From positions 1,110,001 to 1,142,000 of the forward strand of contig NZ_CP088239.1 of NCBI RefSeq assembly GCF_021054785.1: a stretch of 32,000 bases of DNA, read 5' to 3'. A model generated the notes under the pieces. It did not search any database and was not told where the DNA came from. It saw only the letters and a program-made list of their open reading frames with translations. This stretch comes from Tannockella kyphosi (GTDB taxonomy: Bacteria > Bacillota_I > Bacilli_A > Erysipelotrichales > Coprobacillaceae). Positions 8,905-18,988 of this stretch are shown one piece after another (positions within the stretch are counted from its first letter, which is position 1; each line of letters opens with the position of its first letter). The position numbers and the translations under genes are program-made.

Positions 8905-9054
8905 AGTAAATCCTCCCTTATAGACATTATTTTACTTCTTCTTTCTTCGTTTTACAAACATATACTTTATAAATTAAGATTGTTTCGTGTTATATATATA
9001 AATAAAGCTTTTATTGAAATAATGTTTCATGATATAGTAAATAGAGGTGATAAA

Positions 9055-9957
9055 ATGAGTATTATGACACAATTAGAATTTGAGTTAAATTTCTCTAATT
9101 CAGAAAAAGAAATCGCAAAATATATTTTAAATAATGGAGAAGCTGTCCTAGAACAATCTGTCCAACAATTAGCTAGAAGTACTTATACTTCACCTGCTAC
9201 GATTGTTCGTCTTTGTCAAAAGCTTGGACTTCAAGGATACCTAGATTTTAAAATAAAATATTCTGCAGAATTACAATATGATTCTTCTAAAAAACGTACA
9301 GATGTTAATTTTCCATTTGAAGAGAATGCTAGCTATAAAGAGATAACGAAATCATTAGCTAATGTTTATCAAGAAACAATTGAAGATACACTTCAACTAA
9401 TTGACTATAAACAATTAGACATTATCTCCCAAGCATTACAAAAAGCAGAACGTATTTATATTTTCTGTTGTGGTAATTCAATGCTTGCAGGATTAAATTT
9501 TCAACATAAAATGTTACGTATTGGAAAGCTAGTAGAAATGCGTTCATTAACAGGTGAACAAGTTTTTTTATCCTATAATGCAACAAAAAAAGATATTGCT
9601 ATCGTAATATCTTATTCTGGAGAAACTCCTGAAGTGATCGAATGCACAAAACAGTTACATAAAAATCATGTCTCAATTATTGCCATTACATCGCTAGGAG
9701 AAAATCAACTTTCTAAATATGCTAGCTATACATTAAATACTAGTTCCAGAGAAAAGATATTTAATAAGATTGCACCTATCGCATCTTTTACATCCATGAC
9801 TTATCTATTGGATTTATTATTTTCTTGTATTTTTAATAACGATTATCAAAAAAATTATCAAAGAAAAATTGGACAAGATCGCACTAATGACTTACGTCAT
9901 CCATTACTTAGCCCAATTAATGAGGAAATATATGAAACTAACAATAGCAACAAATAA
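9055..9957 (+). CDS. RpiR/MurR family transcriptional regulator (HTH plus SIS domain)
   Basis: N-terminal HTH (SVQQLARSTYTSPATIVRLCQKLGLQGY) and a SIS domain (IFCCGNS...VISYSGET). The start is moved to ATG 9055, behind the AGAGGTGA SD. The upstream extension in the track ORF has no SD. Confidence 0.85.
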   Translation: MSIMTQLEFELNFSNSEKEIAKYILNNGEAVLEQSVQQLARSTYTSPATIVRLCQKLGLQGYLDFKIKYSAELQYDSSKKRTDVNFPFEENASYKEITKSLANVYQETIEDTLQLIDYKQLDIISQALQKAERIYIFCCGNSMLAGLNFQHKMLRIGKLVEMRSLTGEQVFLSYNATKKDIAIVISYSGETPEVIECTKQLHKNHVSIIAITSLGENQLSKYASYTLNTSSREKIFNKIAPIASFTSMTYLLDLLFSCIFNNDYQKNYQRKIGQDRTNDLRHPLLSPINEEIYETNNSNK

Positions 9958-10447
9958 AGACTTACCAAGGATTCAATTACTTTATGAAAATGTCATTCAA
10001 TCGATGTATAAAAATAATGTATTTATTTGGGATGACTATTATCCTTATCAGATAATAAAAAATGACATCACCAATCAAACATTTTATATTGTCGAACAAA
10101 ATAATGAATTAATTGGTGGTTTTGCATTAAACAGTGAACATAAGGCTTCTAATAGTATGAAATGGCATGAAAAGAATGCACCGGTACTTTATTTAGATCG
10201 TTTTGGTATTCATAGTGATTATACTAATCAAGGCATTGCAACAAAAGTTTTAAATGAAATAATAAAGATAGTAAGACAAAAAAATATCCATTATTTACGA
10301 TTATTTGTAGTCCAATCCAATTTACCTGCAATACAATTTTATTGTAAAAATAACTTTTTAAAAGCCCAAGGAATTTATGGAGAACAAATGAATACTGGTA
10401 ATGTTTTATATGAAAATGCTTATGAAAAAGTAATAAAAATAGATTAA
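9932..10447 (+). CDS. GNAT family N-acetyltransferase
   Basis: Acetyl-CoA binding motif region (RFGIHSDYTNQGIATKVLNEII). The start is placed at ATG 9932, behind a GAGGAAA SD. It overlaps the 3' end of the regulator gene by 26 nt. Confidence 0.8.
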   Translation: MKLTIATNKDLPRIQLLYENVIQSMYKNNVFIWDDYYPYQIIKNDITNQTFYIVEQNNELIGGFALNSEHKASNSMKWHEKNAPVLYLDRFGIHSDYTNQGIATKVLNEIIKIVRQKNIHYLRLFVVQSNLPAIQFYCKNNFLKAQGIYGEQMNTGNVLYENAYEKVIKID

Positions 10448-10459
10448 AGTAACTTTAAT

Positions 10460-12814
10460 CTATTTTTTAATTTCTTCCATTATATAAATTCTACTAGCAA
10501 AATCTTGAAACAATCTTACTTCTTCATTAAATCCTGTTCCACCAAAACCTTGTTTTAATCGAACACCAACATTATTTAATACCTCACCACTTACCTGATA
10601 GTCTTCCACTTCACTATGCATCTTGACAAACTGAGCAGCGATGGTATGAAGCATACCATCTTGCTTAACATGGATTGGTGCAATTGTATTTACTAAATCA
10701 CCAAATTCACGAAGATCAAATAGAAGTGGTCTATTTGTAAAATGATATATTTTTTTTGAATCTAATGCTTTTGTTTTAAAGTAACCATTGACAAAATTTG
10801 GTGTTACTAATGTTTGAAGATTTAATCCTATTGCTAAAGTTTTATCTTTTGCTACTACTATCCATTGATAAATTCCATTTTCTCCACTCTTGATCCGATA
10901 AAAATCTCCGAACTGTAATATCAAACGATACTTTTTATACCATTCTATTTGTTGTTTTATTGCCTTTGTTTCTTTTTTTGACATTCTAGCAATATTACAC
11001 TCATACCCTAACAAACCAAAACAAGCAACCTGAAAACGTGTATCCAAAGATGACCAACGCAATGTTTGATGATTAGGACAAGAAGAAACATGGCCACCTA
11101 ATAGTGATAAAGGATAACCATAACTACATCCTGTTAGAATTTCATTTCGAGCTATTGCATCAGTATTATCACTAATCCAAACTTGTGGCATATAACACAT
11201 GATCCCTAAATCAAATCGATTACCCCCAGATGCACAACTCTCAAACAAGATATGTGAAAAACGTCTTGTTAATTCATCTAAAACATAAGAAAGCCCTACT
11301 ATATAACGATGATAAAACTCTCCTTGTTGATGATAAGGAAGTCCTTGTGAAAATGCATCCGAAATAATTCGATTCATATCCCACTTTACATAACTTATAT
11401 TCGCACTACTAAAAAGAGTTGTCATTTGAGTAATAATATATTGTTGGACCTTTTCTTGGGTTAAATCTAACAATAATTGATGTCTCCCTAAAGATTGTTT
11501 TTGACCTGGTATTTCTACTACAAAATCAGGATGATTACGATAACAATCACTATCATAACTAACCATTTCTGGTTCTACCCAGATCCCAAAATCCATTCCT
11601 AACTGATTTATTTTATTAGCCAAACCAACTAATCCATTAGGCAATTTCTTTTTATTAACATACCAATCCCCTAAAGAACTAGTATCATCATTTCTATTAC
11701 CAAACCAACCATCATCTAATACAAACAACTCAATACCTACATCTTTCCCTGCTTTTGCAAGCTCTAAAAGAGATTTTTCATTAAAATCAAAATAAGATGC
11801 TTCCCAACTATTTAACAATACTGGTCTTTCTTTGTTCTTCCAAACACCACGGACAATATGTTCCTTTACAAAATGATGCATATGTTTACTAATACCTGCA
11901 AATCCTTTATTAGAATACGTCAAAACAGCTTCTGGAGCTTCTAATTGTTGATCTTTATCTAAATGATAACTAAAACCAAAAGGATTAATCCCACTAACAA
12001 AATGAGTCATTTCAAAAGCATTCACTTCAATAGCTTCATAATGATTACCACTATATATTAAATTACAACCATAACATTCTCCATAGTCTTCACTAGTTTC
12101 CGGTTTACTAATCATAACAAAAGGATTACTTCGATTACTAGAAAATCCTGTTTTTGAATCATTCACAATAATGCCTTGTTTACACAAGTCAACTTGTCTA
12201 TTCATCTCTCTAGCCCAAGCACCTTTCAGTGTAATAAAATCATAAGTTCCTTGATCCATATCTAATTGAGCACTTAATAAACGTTCCACCCTTATCGACT
12301 CCATACCCTTATTCAATAACTTTGTACTTCTAGTAATAATATTACTTTCATAAAAAACAGAATAATGTAATTCTAATTCAACTGCATGATTTCTATCTTT
12401 TAATACTACAATTAAAGTTTCACTTTGTTGATCCTCGTCATAAGAACTTGGTAAAGATGATAATGGTTGTTTTTTTTCTTTATGATAGTTACTATATTGA
12501 AAATCACAAGTAGTACTCCCATCTTCAAATACTATTTCTATCATTGGTTCTTTGATATCACCTTTTCCTCTTGTACTAACCTCTAAATTTCTATTTTCTA
12601 AAGCAATAGTAGGAAAATTGGAATCATAAATATTTAAATTTCCTTCTGGAAAAGCATATTTAGGAACAATGGCATCATAGCCTATTTCTAAATCTATTTT
12701 ATTACCATAATATAAATGTTCTAAATGACCTGATGGTAATACATGAAAACAATAGGTAGTATCTTTGGTTTGTAAAACAAAAAGATTCTTTTGAACGATT
12801 ATTTGTTCCTCCAT
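10460..12814 (-). CDS. Alpha-galactosidase, glycoside hydrolase family 36 (paralog 1)
   Basis: 784 aa. GH36 motifs YVKWDMNR (nucleophile Asp) and CASGGNRFD (acid/base Asp), plus LDDGWFG, are present. Confidence 0.9.
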   Translation of the reverse strand: MEEQIIVQKNLFVLQTKDTTYCFHVLPSGHLEHLYYGNKIDLEIGYDAIVPKYAFPEGNLNIYDSNFPTIALENRNLEVSTRGKGDIKEPMIEIVFEDGSTTCDFQYSNYHKEKKQPLSSLPSSYDEDQQSETLIVVLKDRNHAVELELHYSVFYESNIITRSTKLLNKGMESIRVERLLSAQLDMDQGTYDFITLKGAWAREMNRQVDLCKQGIIVNDSKTGFSSNRSNPFVMISKPETSEDYGECYGCNLIYSGNHYEAIEVNAFEMTHFVSGINPFGFSYHLDKDQQLEAPEAVLTYSNKGFAGISKHMHHFVKEHIVRGVWKNKERPVLLNSWEASYFDFNEKSLLELAKAGKDVGIELFVLDDGWFGNRNDDTSSLGDWYVNKKKLPNGLVGLANKINQLGMDFGIWVEPEMVSYDSDCYRNHPDFVVEIPGQKQSLGRHQLLLDLTQEKVQQYIITQMTTLFSSANISYVKWDMNRIISDAFSQGLPYHQQGEFYHRYIVGLSYVLDELTRRFSHILFESCASGGNRFDLGIMCYMPQVWISDNTDAIARNEILTGCSYGYPLSLLGGHVSSCPNHQTLRWSSLDTRFQVACFGLLGYECNIARMSKKETKAIKQQIEWYKKYRLILQFGDFYRIKSGENGIYQWIVVAKDKTLAIGLNLQTLVTPNFVNGYFKTKALDSKKIYHFTNRPLLFDLREFGDLVNTIAPIHVKQDGMLHTIAAQFVKMHSEVEDYQVSGEVLNNVGVRLKQGFGGTGFNEEVRLFQDFASRIYIMEEIKK

Positions 12815-12819
12815 CTTCT

Positions 12820-14157
12820 TTATTCCTTTCGTAACTTTATTTCATTCGTTATTTCATTTATTTTTATTTGTGTTAAAAAATAGTTCTTTTTAAATAATAT
12901 AATTGCAATTACCAACCCTACAATTGGAATAAGTGTCATCATAACACGCATTCCTAAAAGTGTACTTGCAGACTGCATACTAGCATTCACATCCAAAGAA
13001 ATCAAATCTAAACCTACTCCAGCAATAAAAACAGAAATAGCAGACGCTAATTTAACAACAAATGTTTGTAATGAAAAAACAACACTTTCATTTCTTTGAT
13101 TATTCTTCCATTCACCATAATCAACTGTATCAGCCAAGAAAATAGTTGTTAATACAGTAGCTAATCCAAATCCTGCAAAGATAATAATGGCAGCTATGGC
13201 TAAGGCAATAATATTCGTAATATGCAAACTTCCTAATATAAATAAGAATACGTAACCTATAATTGCTAATGAAATTGCACCAATAAATATTTCTATTGTT
13301 TCATATTTTTTTCTAAGCATTGGTAAAGACATCATCGATAGGATTTGAGCTATTCCCCCTACTGTTGCAAAGACACCATATAGTGCAACATTTCCAATAT
13401 CAAATTCAAAGAAATAAAGTGCTAAATTTTGTGTTAAATACAAAGAAGAATTAAAAATAACAATGGTAATGACAACTGCTAATGCTTGATCATTTTGAAA
13501 TAAGGAATGAAACATTTCTTTTACAGAAGAAGTTTTAGAGTGAATATCATTTTTTTCTTTTACAGTAAAAACAGTAACTAAAATTGCAAACACAAACAAT
13601 ATTGCAATAATCAGTGTTAATATACGAAATCCTTCTCGTTCATTTCCAGCACCTAAAATACCTACCAAAAGCATTGTTAGAGCAGTTGGCAAGGCATAAC
13701 CTAATCCTGCACAACTTCTAGCAATAACAGAAACACTTTCTCTTTCTTTCCCTGGTTTTGTAATAGCAGGGATCATTGACCAATAAGGAATATCCATAAT
13801 TGTATATGTAATCCCCCACAATAAATAAATAACCGATAAATAGATTAGTAAATCATTTCCTTGAATACCTACTGGTACCGCAAATAAAAAGTATAACACA
13901 ACTGCATTCAATAAAGTTCCTACTAGTAACCAAGGTCGAAACTTACCTAGCTTCGTATTTGTTTTTCCTACCAAAACACCCATCATTGGATCATTAAAAG
14001 CATCAAATATACGAACTGCCATAAATAAAACTCCAATAAAAGTAGAACTAACACCTAAAACAGTATTATAATAATACATCAAAAAACCAGCTACTAAGGC
14101 ATAAACCATATCTTTACCAACAGCCCCAATACCATAACCTATTTTCATTTTCTTCAT
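12820..14157 (-). CDS. Glycoside-pentoside-hexuronide (GPH):cation symporter family sugar transporter (MelB/LacS-like)
   Basis: GPH signature DAFNDPMMGVLVGKTNTKLGKFRPWLL and about 12 predicted TM segments. The start is placed at ATG 14155-14157, 8 nt behind the GGAGG at 14166-14170 that directly follows the GH2 stop codon. Confidence 0.85.
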   Translation of the reverse strand: MKKMKIGYGIGAVGKDMVYALVAGFLMYYYNTVLGVSSTFIGVLFMAVRIFDAFNDPMMGVLVGKTNTKLGKFRPWLLVGTLLNAVVLYFLFAVPVGIQGNDLLIYLSVIYLLWGITYTIMDIPYWSMIPAITKPGKERESVSVIARSCAGLGYALPTALTMLLVGILGAGNEREGFRILTLIIAILFVFAILVTVFTVKEKNDIHSKTSSVKEMFHSLFQNDQALAVVITIVIFNSSLYLTQNLALYFFEFDIGNVALYGVFATVGGIAQILSMMSLPMLRKKYETIEIFIGAISLAIIGYVFLFILGSLHITNIIALAIAAIIIFAGFGLATVLTTIFLADTVDYGEWKNNQRNESVVFSLQTFVVKLASAISVFIAGVGLDLISLDVNASMQSASTLLGMRVMMTLIPIVGLVIAIILFKKNYFLTQIKINEITNEIKLRKE

Positions 14158-14170
14158 TATTTTAACCTCC

Positions 14171-16525
14171 CTACAAAACAATATAATGAATCACTACTTC
14201 TTCTAATCCATCACCACTAATTATGAAAGTTCCTTTTCCACTTTGACCAATTGTTTTTATATAAGTACCAGTACTACCACCAATCGCACTAATTGATTTT
14301 GGTCCAATTATTTCAATACATCCAGTAGTATCTAAATGTAAAACACCTTGATAATATGGTACTACTTGGTTTAATTGATTTATTATTTGAATACGGATCG
14401 TTGCTACATCATAACTTGTATCTTCTTTCAGTTCTAGTGTATCACATGAAACAGATAGTTTAATTTTAGTAGTAGCTGATTTTTCAACTATTTTAACAAC
14501 CTTTTCTTGTTTGATTGCTTCAAAACGATAAGTAGTAGACTCATCACCCCAATTACCAACATATTTTGAATACAAAGCTACACCATCACTTATTTTAATC
14601 TTTTCTAAAAGCATTACTTTTGCCATTTTTAATTGATAAGATAATGGTAAATTATATTGTCCATATTTTACAATAGCTAATAATACTTCTTTAATCACTT
14701 TTGCATTTTTAGGACGATAACCCTCATTTACTTCTATCAATTGCCCTATAAAATCATCAATTAAAATAGGTGGATGTGGCATCTTGCCATAATCTTGACT
14801 ACTCGGATAAAAGCTTCGAACAAACTCATTATTTTTATATACCTTTACATAATCCGCATTACTAAAAGCATATACCTTTTTAATATTCCCACCTGGATAT
14901 TCACCGATATCCATCGAAGAACTAATTTCTAAAACATCCTGATTATCCGATTGACTCGCATAAACACTGGCTGCTAATTTAGGATTACGAAACATTGTCA
15001 TCACACCATGATAACAAATCCGATCACCACTACCAAAATCCTTATGGGTATTATAATCGAACATACACCAACCAAAGGCAGCAGCTATCTCCTGGCTATT
15101 ATAAAATGATTGTAAGACATTAGCATGACGAAGGGCATGATCTAAACGATGACTCTCCTTGTCAAAAGCTTTGGTTGGAAACATATGACCATTATATTCA
15201 CTTACTAAATAGGGAGCGTTCTTTTTATTCGTAACTTTTTGTTTTGCTTCTAAACCAGCATTATTGCCAGTATGAGAAAAATCATTATATGTATATACAT
15301 CTTCTAATAAATGACTATTTTTTGTAAAACGAACTCCTCCAGTTTGTCTTGTTTCATCTAAATCATGAATTATTTTATTAGTGGCACTATAAAATTCATC
15401 ATCATCTTGAGATTCATTAATACGAGCACCCCAAAGTATAATAGAAGGATGATTACGATACTGTAATACCATCTCTTTTGTCATTTCCAATGCTACATCT
15501 TTCCATTCTTGATTACCAATATACTGCCATCCAGGTATCTCTGTAAAAACTAACAATCCGATTTCATCACAACGTTCTATAAAATACTGTGACTGACTAT
15601 AATGCGATGTTCGAACTGCATGAAGACCTAGTTCTTCTTTTAAGATAGTTGCATCTAGTTGTTGTACTCTTTTAGGCATGGCATAACCAACATAGGGATA
15701 AGATTGATGTCTATTTAATCCACGTAGTTTAACAAGTTGATTATTTAAATAAAAACCATCCCTACGAAATTCACATGTTCTAAACCCAAAAGTAATAATA
15801 GTATGATCTATTTCTTCTTGTTTTTTTATGATTATTTTTAATTCATATAAATTCGGGTTATCCATATCCCAAATTCTTTTATCTTGAAAAGCATGACAAA
15901 AAGTAGAAGTCTGTTCACAAATAAGATTAGTACCTAAAGATTCCCATGTTCCCTTATTTTTTTCTTTTATAAAACTATCTACTTCTATATTTTCAATCAA
16001 TCCATTAACTGTTACATCATATAAAAGTACTTGTTTATCATCTACAAATTTTGTTTTAACAAACACATCTGCTATATATGTATTTTCTTTTATTTCTAAA
16101 TAAACATCTCTATAAATACCCCCATAACACAAATAATCAATTACATTTCCAAAAGGTGGAATATTGTTTATTTCTCGATTATCTACTTCTACACAGATGT
16201 TATTGATCATACCAAATTGTACAAAAGGAGCGATATCAAAGCTAAAAGCATGATAACCGCCTTTATGTTCTCCAACAAATTGATTATTTACATACAATTT
16301 AGCTATATGTGCAACTCCTTCAAAAGTAAGAAATAGATGCAATCCTAGCCATTCTATTGGAATATTGACTTCTTTTTTATAGAAACTAATAAACTGATAT
16401 TCCTTTTCATCAAAATAATGAAATGGAGTTTCCATGGATGTATGAGGAATTCTTACAATCTTTGATTCTGGTTGATTACTTGTTGTAAAACTCCAGTCAT
16501 TATTTAAATATATTTTTTCTATCAT
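14171..16525 (-). CDS. Glycoside hydrolase family 2 protein (beta-galactosidase-like)
   Basis: GH2 motifs NHPSIILWGARINE (acid/base) and VSEYNGH (nucleophile region) are present. The N-terminus MIEKIYLNNDWSF is typical of GH2. The start is placed at the first ATG (16525). The track's GTG at 16600 has no SD. Confidence 0.85.
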   Translation of the reverse strand: MIEKIYLNNDWSFTTSNQPESKIVRIPHTSMETPFHYFDEKEYQFISFYKKEVNIPIEWLGLHLFLTFEGVAHIAKLYVNNQFVGEHKGGYHAFSFDIAPFVQFGMINNICVEVDNREINNIPPFGNVIDYLCYGGIYRDVYLEIKENTYIADVFVKTKFVDDKQVLLYDVTVNGLIENIEVDSFIKEKNKGTWESLGTNLICEQTSTFCHAFQDKRIWDMDNPNLYELKIIIKKQEEIDHTIITFGFRTCEFRRDGFYLNNQLVKLRGLNRHQSYPYVGYAMPKRVQQLDATILKEELGLHAVRTSHYSQSQYFIERCDEIGLLVFTEIPGWQYIGNQEWKDVALEMTKEMVLQYRNHPSIILWGARINESQDDDEFYSATNKIIHDLDETRQTGGVRFTKNSHLLEDVYTYNDFSHTGNNAGLEAKQKVTNKKNAPYLVSEYNGHMFPTKAFDKESHRLDHALRHANVLQSFYNSQEIAAAFGWCMFDYNTHKDFGSGDRICYHGVMTMFRNPKLAASVYASQSDNQDVLEISSSMDIGEYPGGNIKKVYAFSNADYVKVYKNNEFVRSFYPSSQDYGKMPHPPILIDDFIGQLIEVNEGYRPKNAKVIKEVLLAIVKYGQYNLPLSYQLKMAKVMLLEKIKISDGVALYSKYVGNWGDESTTYRFEAIKQEKVVKIVEKSATTKIKLSVSCDTLELKEDTSYDVATIRIQIINQLNQVVPYYQGVLHLDTTGCIEIIGPKSISAIGGSTGTYIKTIGQSGKGTFIISGDGLEEVVIHYIVL

Positions 16526-16609
16526 AATAGCTTCTAGATTTATCCTAAATAAATCCTTACTCCCCTCTTTTCTATTCGCTTTTAAAAAACGATTACACAC
16601 TTTTATAAT

Positions 16610-18925
16610 TTAAACCCTTTTTATTTCTTCCATTATATAAATTCGACTTGCAAAATCTTGGAATATACGAATATTTTCATTATAATGAGAACCTCCAAAT
16701 CCTTGTTTTAATCGCACGCCAATAGTAGATAAAACAAGTCCATTAATTGTATAATCCTCTTGTTCACAACAAAATCGATTCATTTCATCTTTTTTTACTT
16801 GATCAACTAAATTCCCTAATTCTTTTTCATCAAAAGTAATCATTCTATTTGTAAAATGATATTGTCCATTATTACATAACCCTTTTGCCTTAAAATAACC
16901 AGATACAAAATTAGCCTTTACAAGTGTTTGTAAATAGCAACCAATAGCAATTGTTCTATCCTTAGAAACAGTAATCCATTGATAAATACCCTCTTCATTT
17001 TTCAAACGATAATAATTACCAAACTGTAATACCTTACGATATTTTTTATACCAAATAATTTGTTCTTTTATCTTTCCTAATTCTTCTTTATTCATATCTA
17101 CTAAATTACATTCATAACCTAACAAACCAAAACAAGCAACTTGAAAACGTGTTTCTAAAGAAGTATTTCTTAATGTTTGATGATTTGGACAAGCTGATAC
17201 ATGCGCCCCAATAACAGACATTGGATATCCATAGCTACACCCTGTTTGAATTTCACTACGACATATTGCATCTGTATTGTCACTAGCCCAAACTTGAGGC
17301 ATATAACACATCATTCCTAAATCAAAACGATTCCCTCCTGAAGCACAACTTTCAAAAAGAATAGTCGGAAAAGAAGTAGTTAAAACTTCTAACACTCGAT
17401 AAAGACCAAGCATGTATCGATGATAAAATTCTCCTTGATATTGACTACCTAAACATTGAGAAAAAGCATCACTTACAATTCGATTCATATCCCACTTTAC
17501 ATAGCTAATGTTTGCACTTGAAAATACTTGAGTCATTTGATCAATCAAATAATCTTGAACCTTTTCATTTGTTAAATCTAATAATAATTGATGACGCCCT
17601 AATGAATGTCTTTGTCCTGGTATTTCAACTGCAAATTCAGGATGATTGCGATAGCAATCACTATCATAACTAACCATTTCAGGTTCTACCCATATCCCAA
17701 AATCCATACCTAACTGATTAACTTTTTTGGCTAAACCCTCTAAACCATTAGGTAGTTTCTTTTTATTAACATACCAATCACCTAATGATGAGCGATCATT
17801 GTTTCTTTTTCCAAACCAACCATCATCTAATACAAACAACTCTACACCGACATCTTTCCCTGCTTTAGCAAGCTCTAGTAGAGATTTTTCATTGAAATCA
17901 AAATAAGATGCTTCCCAACTATTTAATAATACTGGTCTTTCTTTGTTCTTCCAAACACCACGTACAATATGTTCTTTTACAAATTGATGCATATGTTGGC
18001 TCATACCACCATATCCATTATTTGAATACGTTAAAACTGCTTCTGGAGCTTCTAATGTACTACCAGGATCTAAATTATATTGGAACCCAAAAGGATTCAC
18101 ACCACATAAAAAATGATTATTACAAAAAGCATTTACTTCCATTGCTTCATAATGATTTCCGCTATAAATTAAATTACAACCAAAACAATCTCCATAATCT
18201 TCACTAGTTTGTGGTGTACTAATCATAACAAAAGGATTACTACGACTACTGGAAGTTCCACATTTCGAGTCATTTACCACAATCCCTTGTTGACATATCG
18301 TTTGTTGATGATTCATTTCACGAATCCAAGCACCTTTAAATGTATGAAATACATAGGGTCCTTTATCAAAATCTAATTGGGCACTAAGTAAACGATCTAC
18401 TTTTACTTCATTTTTACTACAGTTTCTTAATTTCGTACTTTTAACAATAACATCACTATCATAGAAAACAGAATAATGTAACTCTAATTCCAAATCATAT
18501 TGTTTATCTTTTAAAAGAATAACCAATGTTTCAACTTCTTCATTTTCATCATAACTACAAGGTAACGTTAATAAAGCTTGTTTTTTATGAATTTTATAAC
18601 TATCATATAAAAAATCACAAGTTGAACAACCATTAGAATAAGTAATCTCTACCATAGGTTCACGAATATCACCTTTTCCTCTTGTACTAATTTCTAAATT
18701 ACGATTTTCTAATCCTACAAAAGAATAAAGTGAATCATAGGTAATCAAATTCCCTTCTCTAAACTCATATTTTGGTTTAATTGCTTCATAACTATTTGTA
18801 ATAGGTAATGTAGTACCATAATATAAATGCTCTATATGACCAGATTCAATCACATGAAAAGCATAGGTTGTCGTTTTTGTATGTAACACAAATAAATTGT
18901 CTTTTGTAATAATTGTCTTTTTCAT
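16610..18925 (-). CDS. Alpha-galactosidase, glycoside hydrolase family 36 (paralog 2)
   Basis: 771 aa. It is collinear with the 10460-12814 product and has the same YVKWDMNR and CASGGNRFD motifs. A GGGAGGA SD lies at 18931-18937. Confidence 0.9.
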   Translation of the reverse strand: MKKTIITKDNLFVLHTKTTTYAFHVIESGHIEHLYYGTTLPITNSYEAIKPKYEFREGNLITYDSLYSFVGLENRNLEISTRGKGDIREPMVEITYSNGCSTCDFLYDSYKIHKKQALLTLPCSYDENEEVETLVILLKDKQYDLELELHYSVFYDSDVIVKSTKLRNCSKNEVKVDRLLSAQLDFDKGPYVFHTFKGAWIREMNHQQTICQQGIVVNDSKCGTSSSRSNPFVMISTPQTSEDYGDCFGCNLIYSGNHYEAMEVNAFCNNHFLCGVNPFGFQYNLDPGSTLEAPEAVLTYSNNGYGGMSQHMHQFVKEHIVRGVWKNKERPVLLNSWEASYFDFNEKSLLELAKAGKDVGVELFVLDDGWFGKRNNDRSSLGDWYVNKKKLPNGLEGLAKKVNQLGMDFGIWVEPEMVSYDSDCYRNHPEFAVEIPGQRHSLGRHQLLLDLTNEKVQDYLIDQMTQVFSSANISYVKWDMNRIVSDAFSQCLGSQYQGEFYHRYMLGLYRVLEVLTTSFPTILFESCASGGNRFDLGMMCYMPQVWASDNTDAICRSEIQTGCSYGYPMSVIGAHVSACPNHQTLRNTSLETRFQVACFGLLGYECNLVDMNKEELGKIKEQIIWYKKYRKVLQFGNYYRLKNEEGIYQWITVSKDRTIAIGCYLQTLVKANFVSGYFKAKGLCNNGQYHFTNRMITFDEKELGNLVDQVKKDEMNRFCCEQEDYTINGLVLSTIGVRLKQGFGGSHYNENIRIFQDFASRIYIMEEIKRV

Positions 18926-18949
18926 CTTATCCTCCCTCTAATAATAAAA

Positions 18950-18988
18950 ACACTCTTTTTTAAGTTATATTACCTTTAAAAAGAGTGT
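18950..18988 (-). terminator. Hairpin terminator downstream of pfk
   Basis: An 11-bp stem ACACTCTTTTT (18950-18960) / AAAAAGAGTGT (18978-18988) with a 17-nt loop. On the minus strand it is followed by TTTTTATTATT. Confidence 0.6.

Noticed and set aside
9015-9029. TGAAATAATGTTTCA, considered as a catabolite-responsive element (cre) in the GH1/RpiR intergenic region.
   Set aside because: It is 15 nt long rather than 14 and lacks the central CG of the cre consensus (TGWAANCGNTNWCA). It is retained only as a possible RpiR operator.
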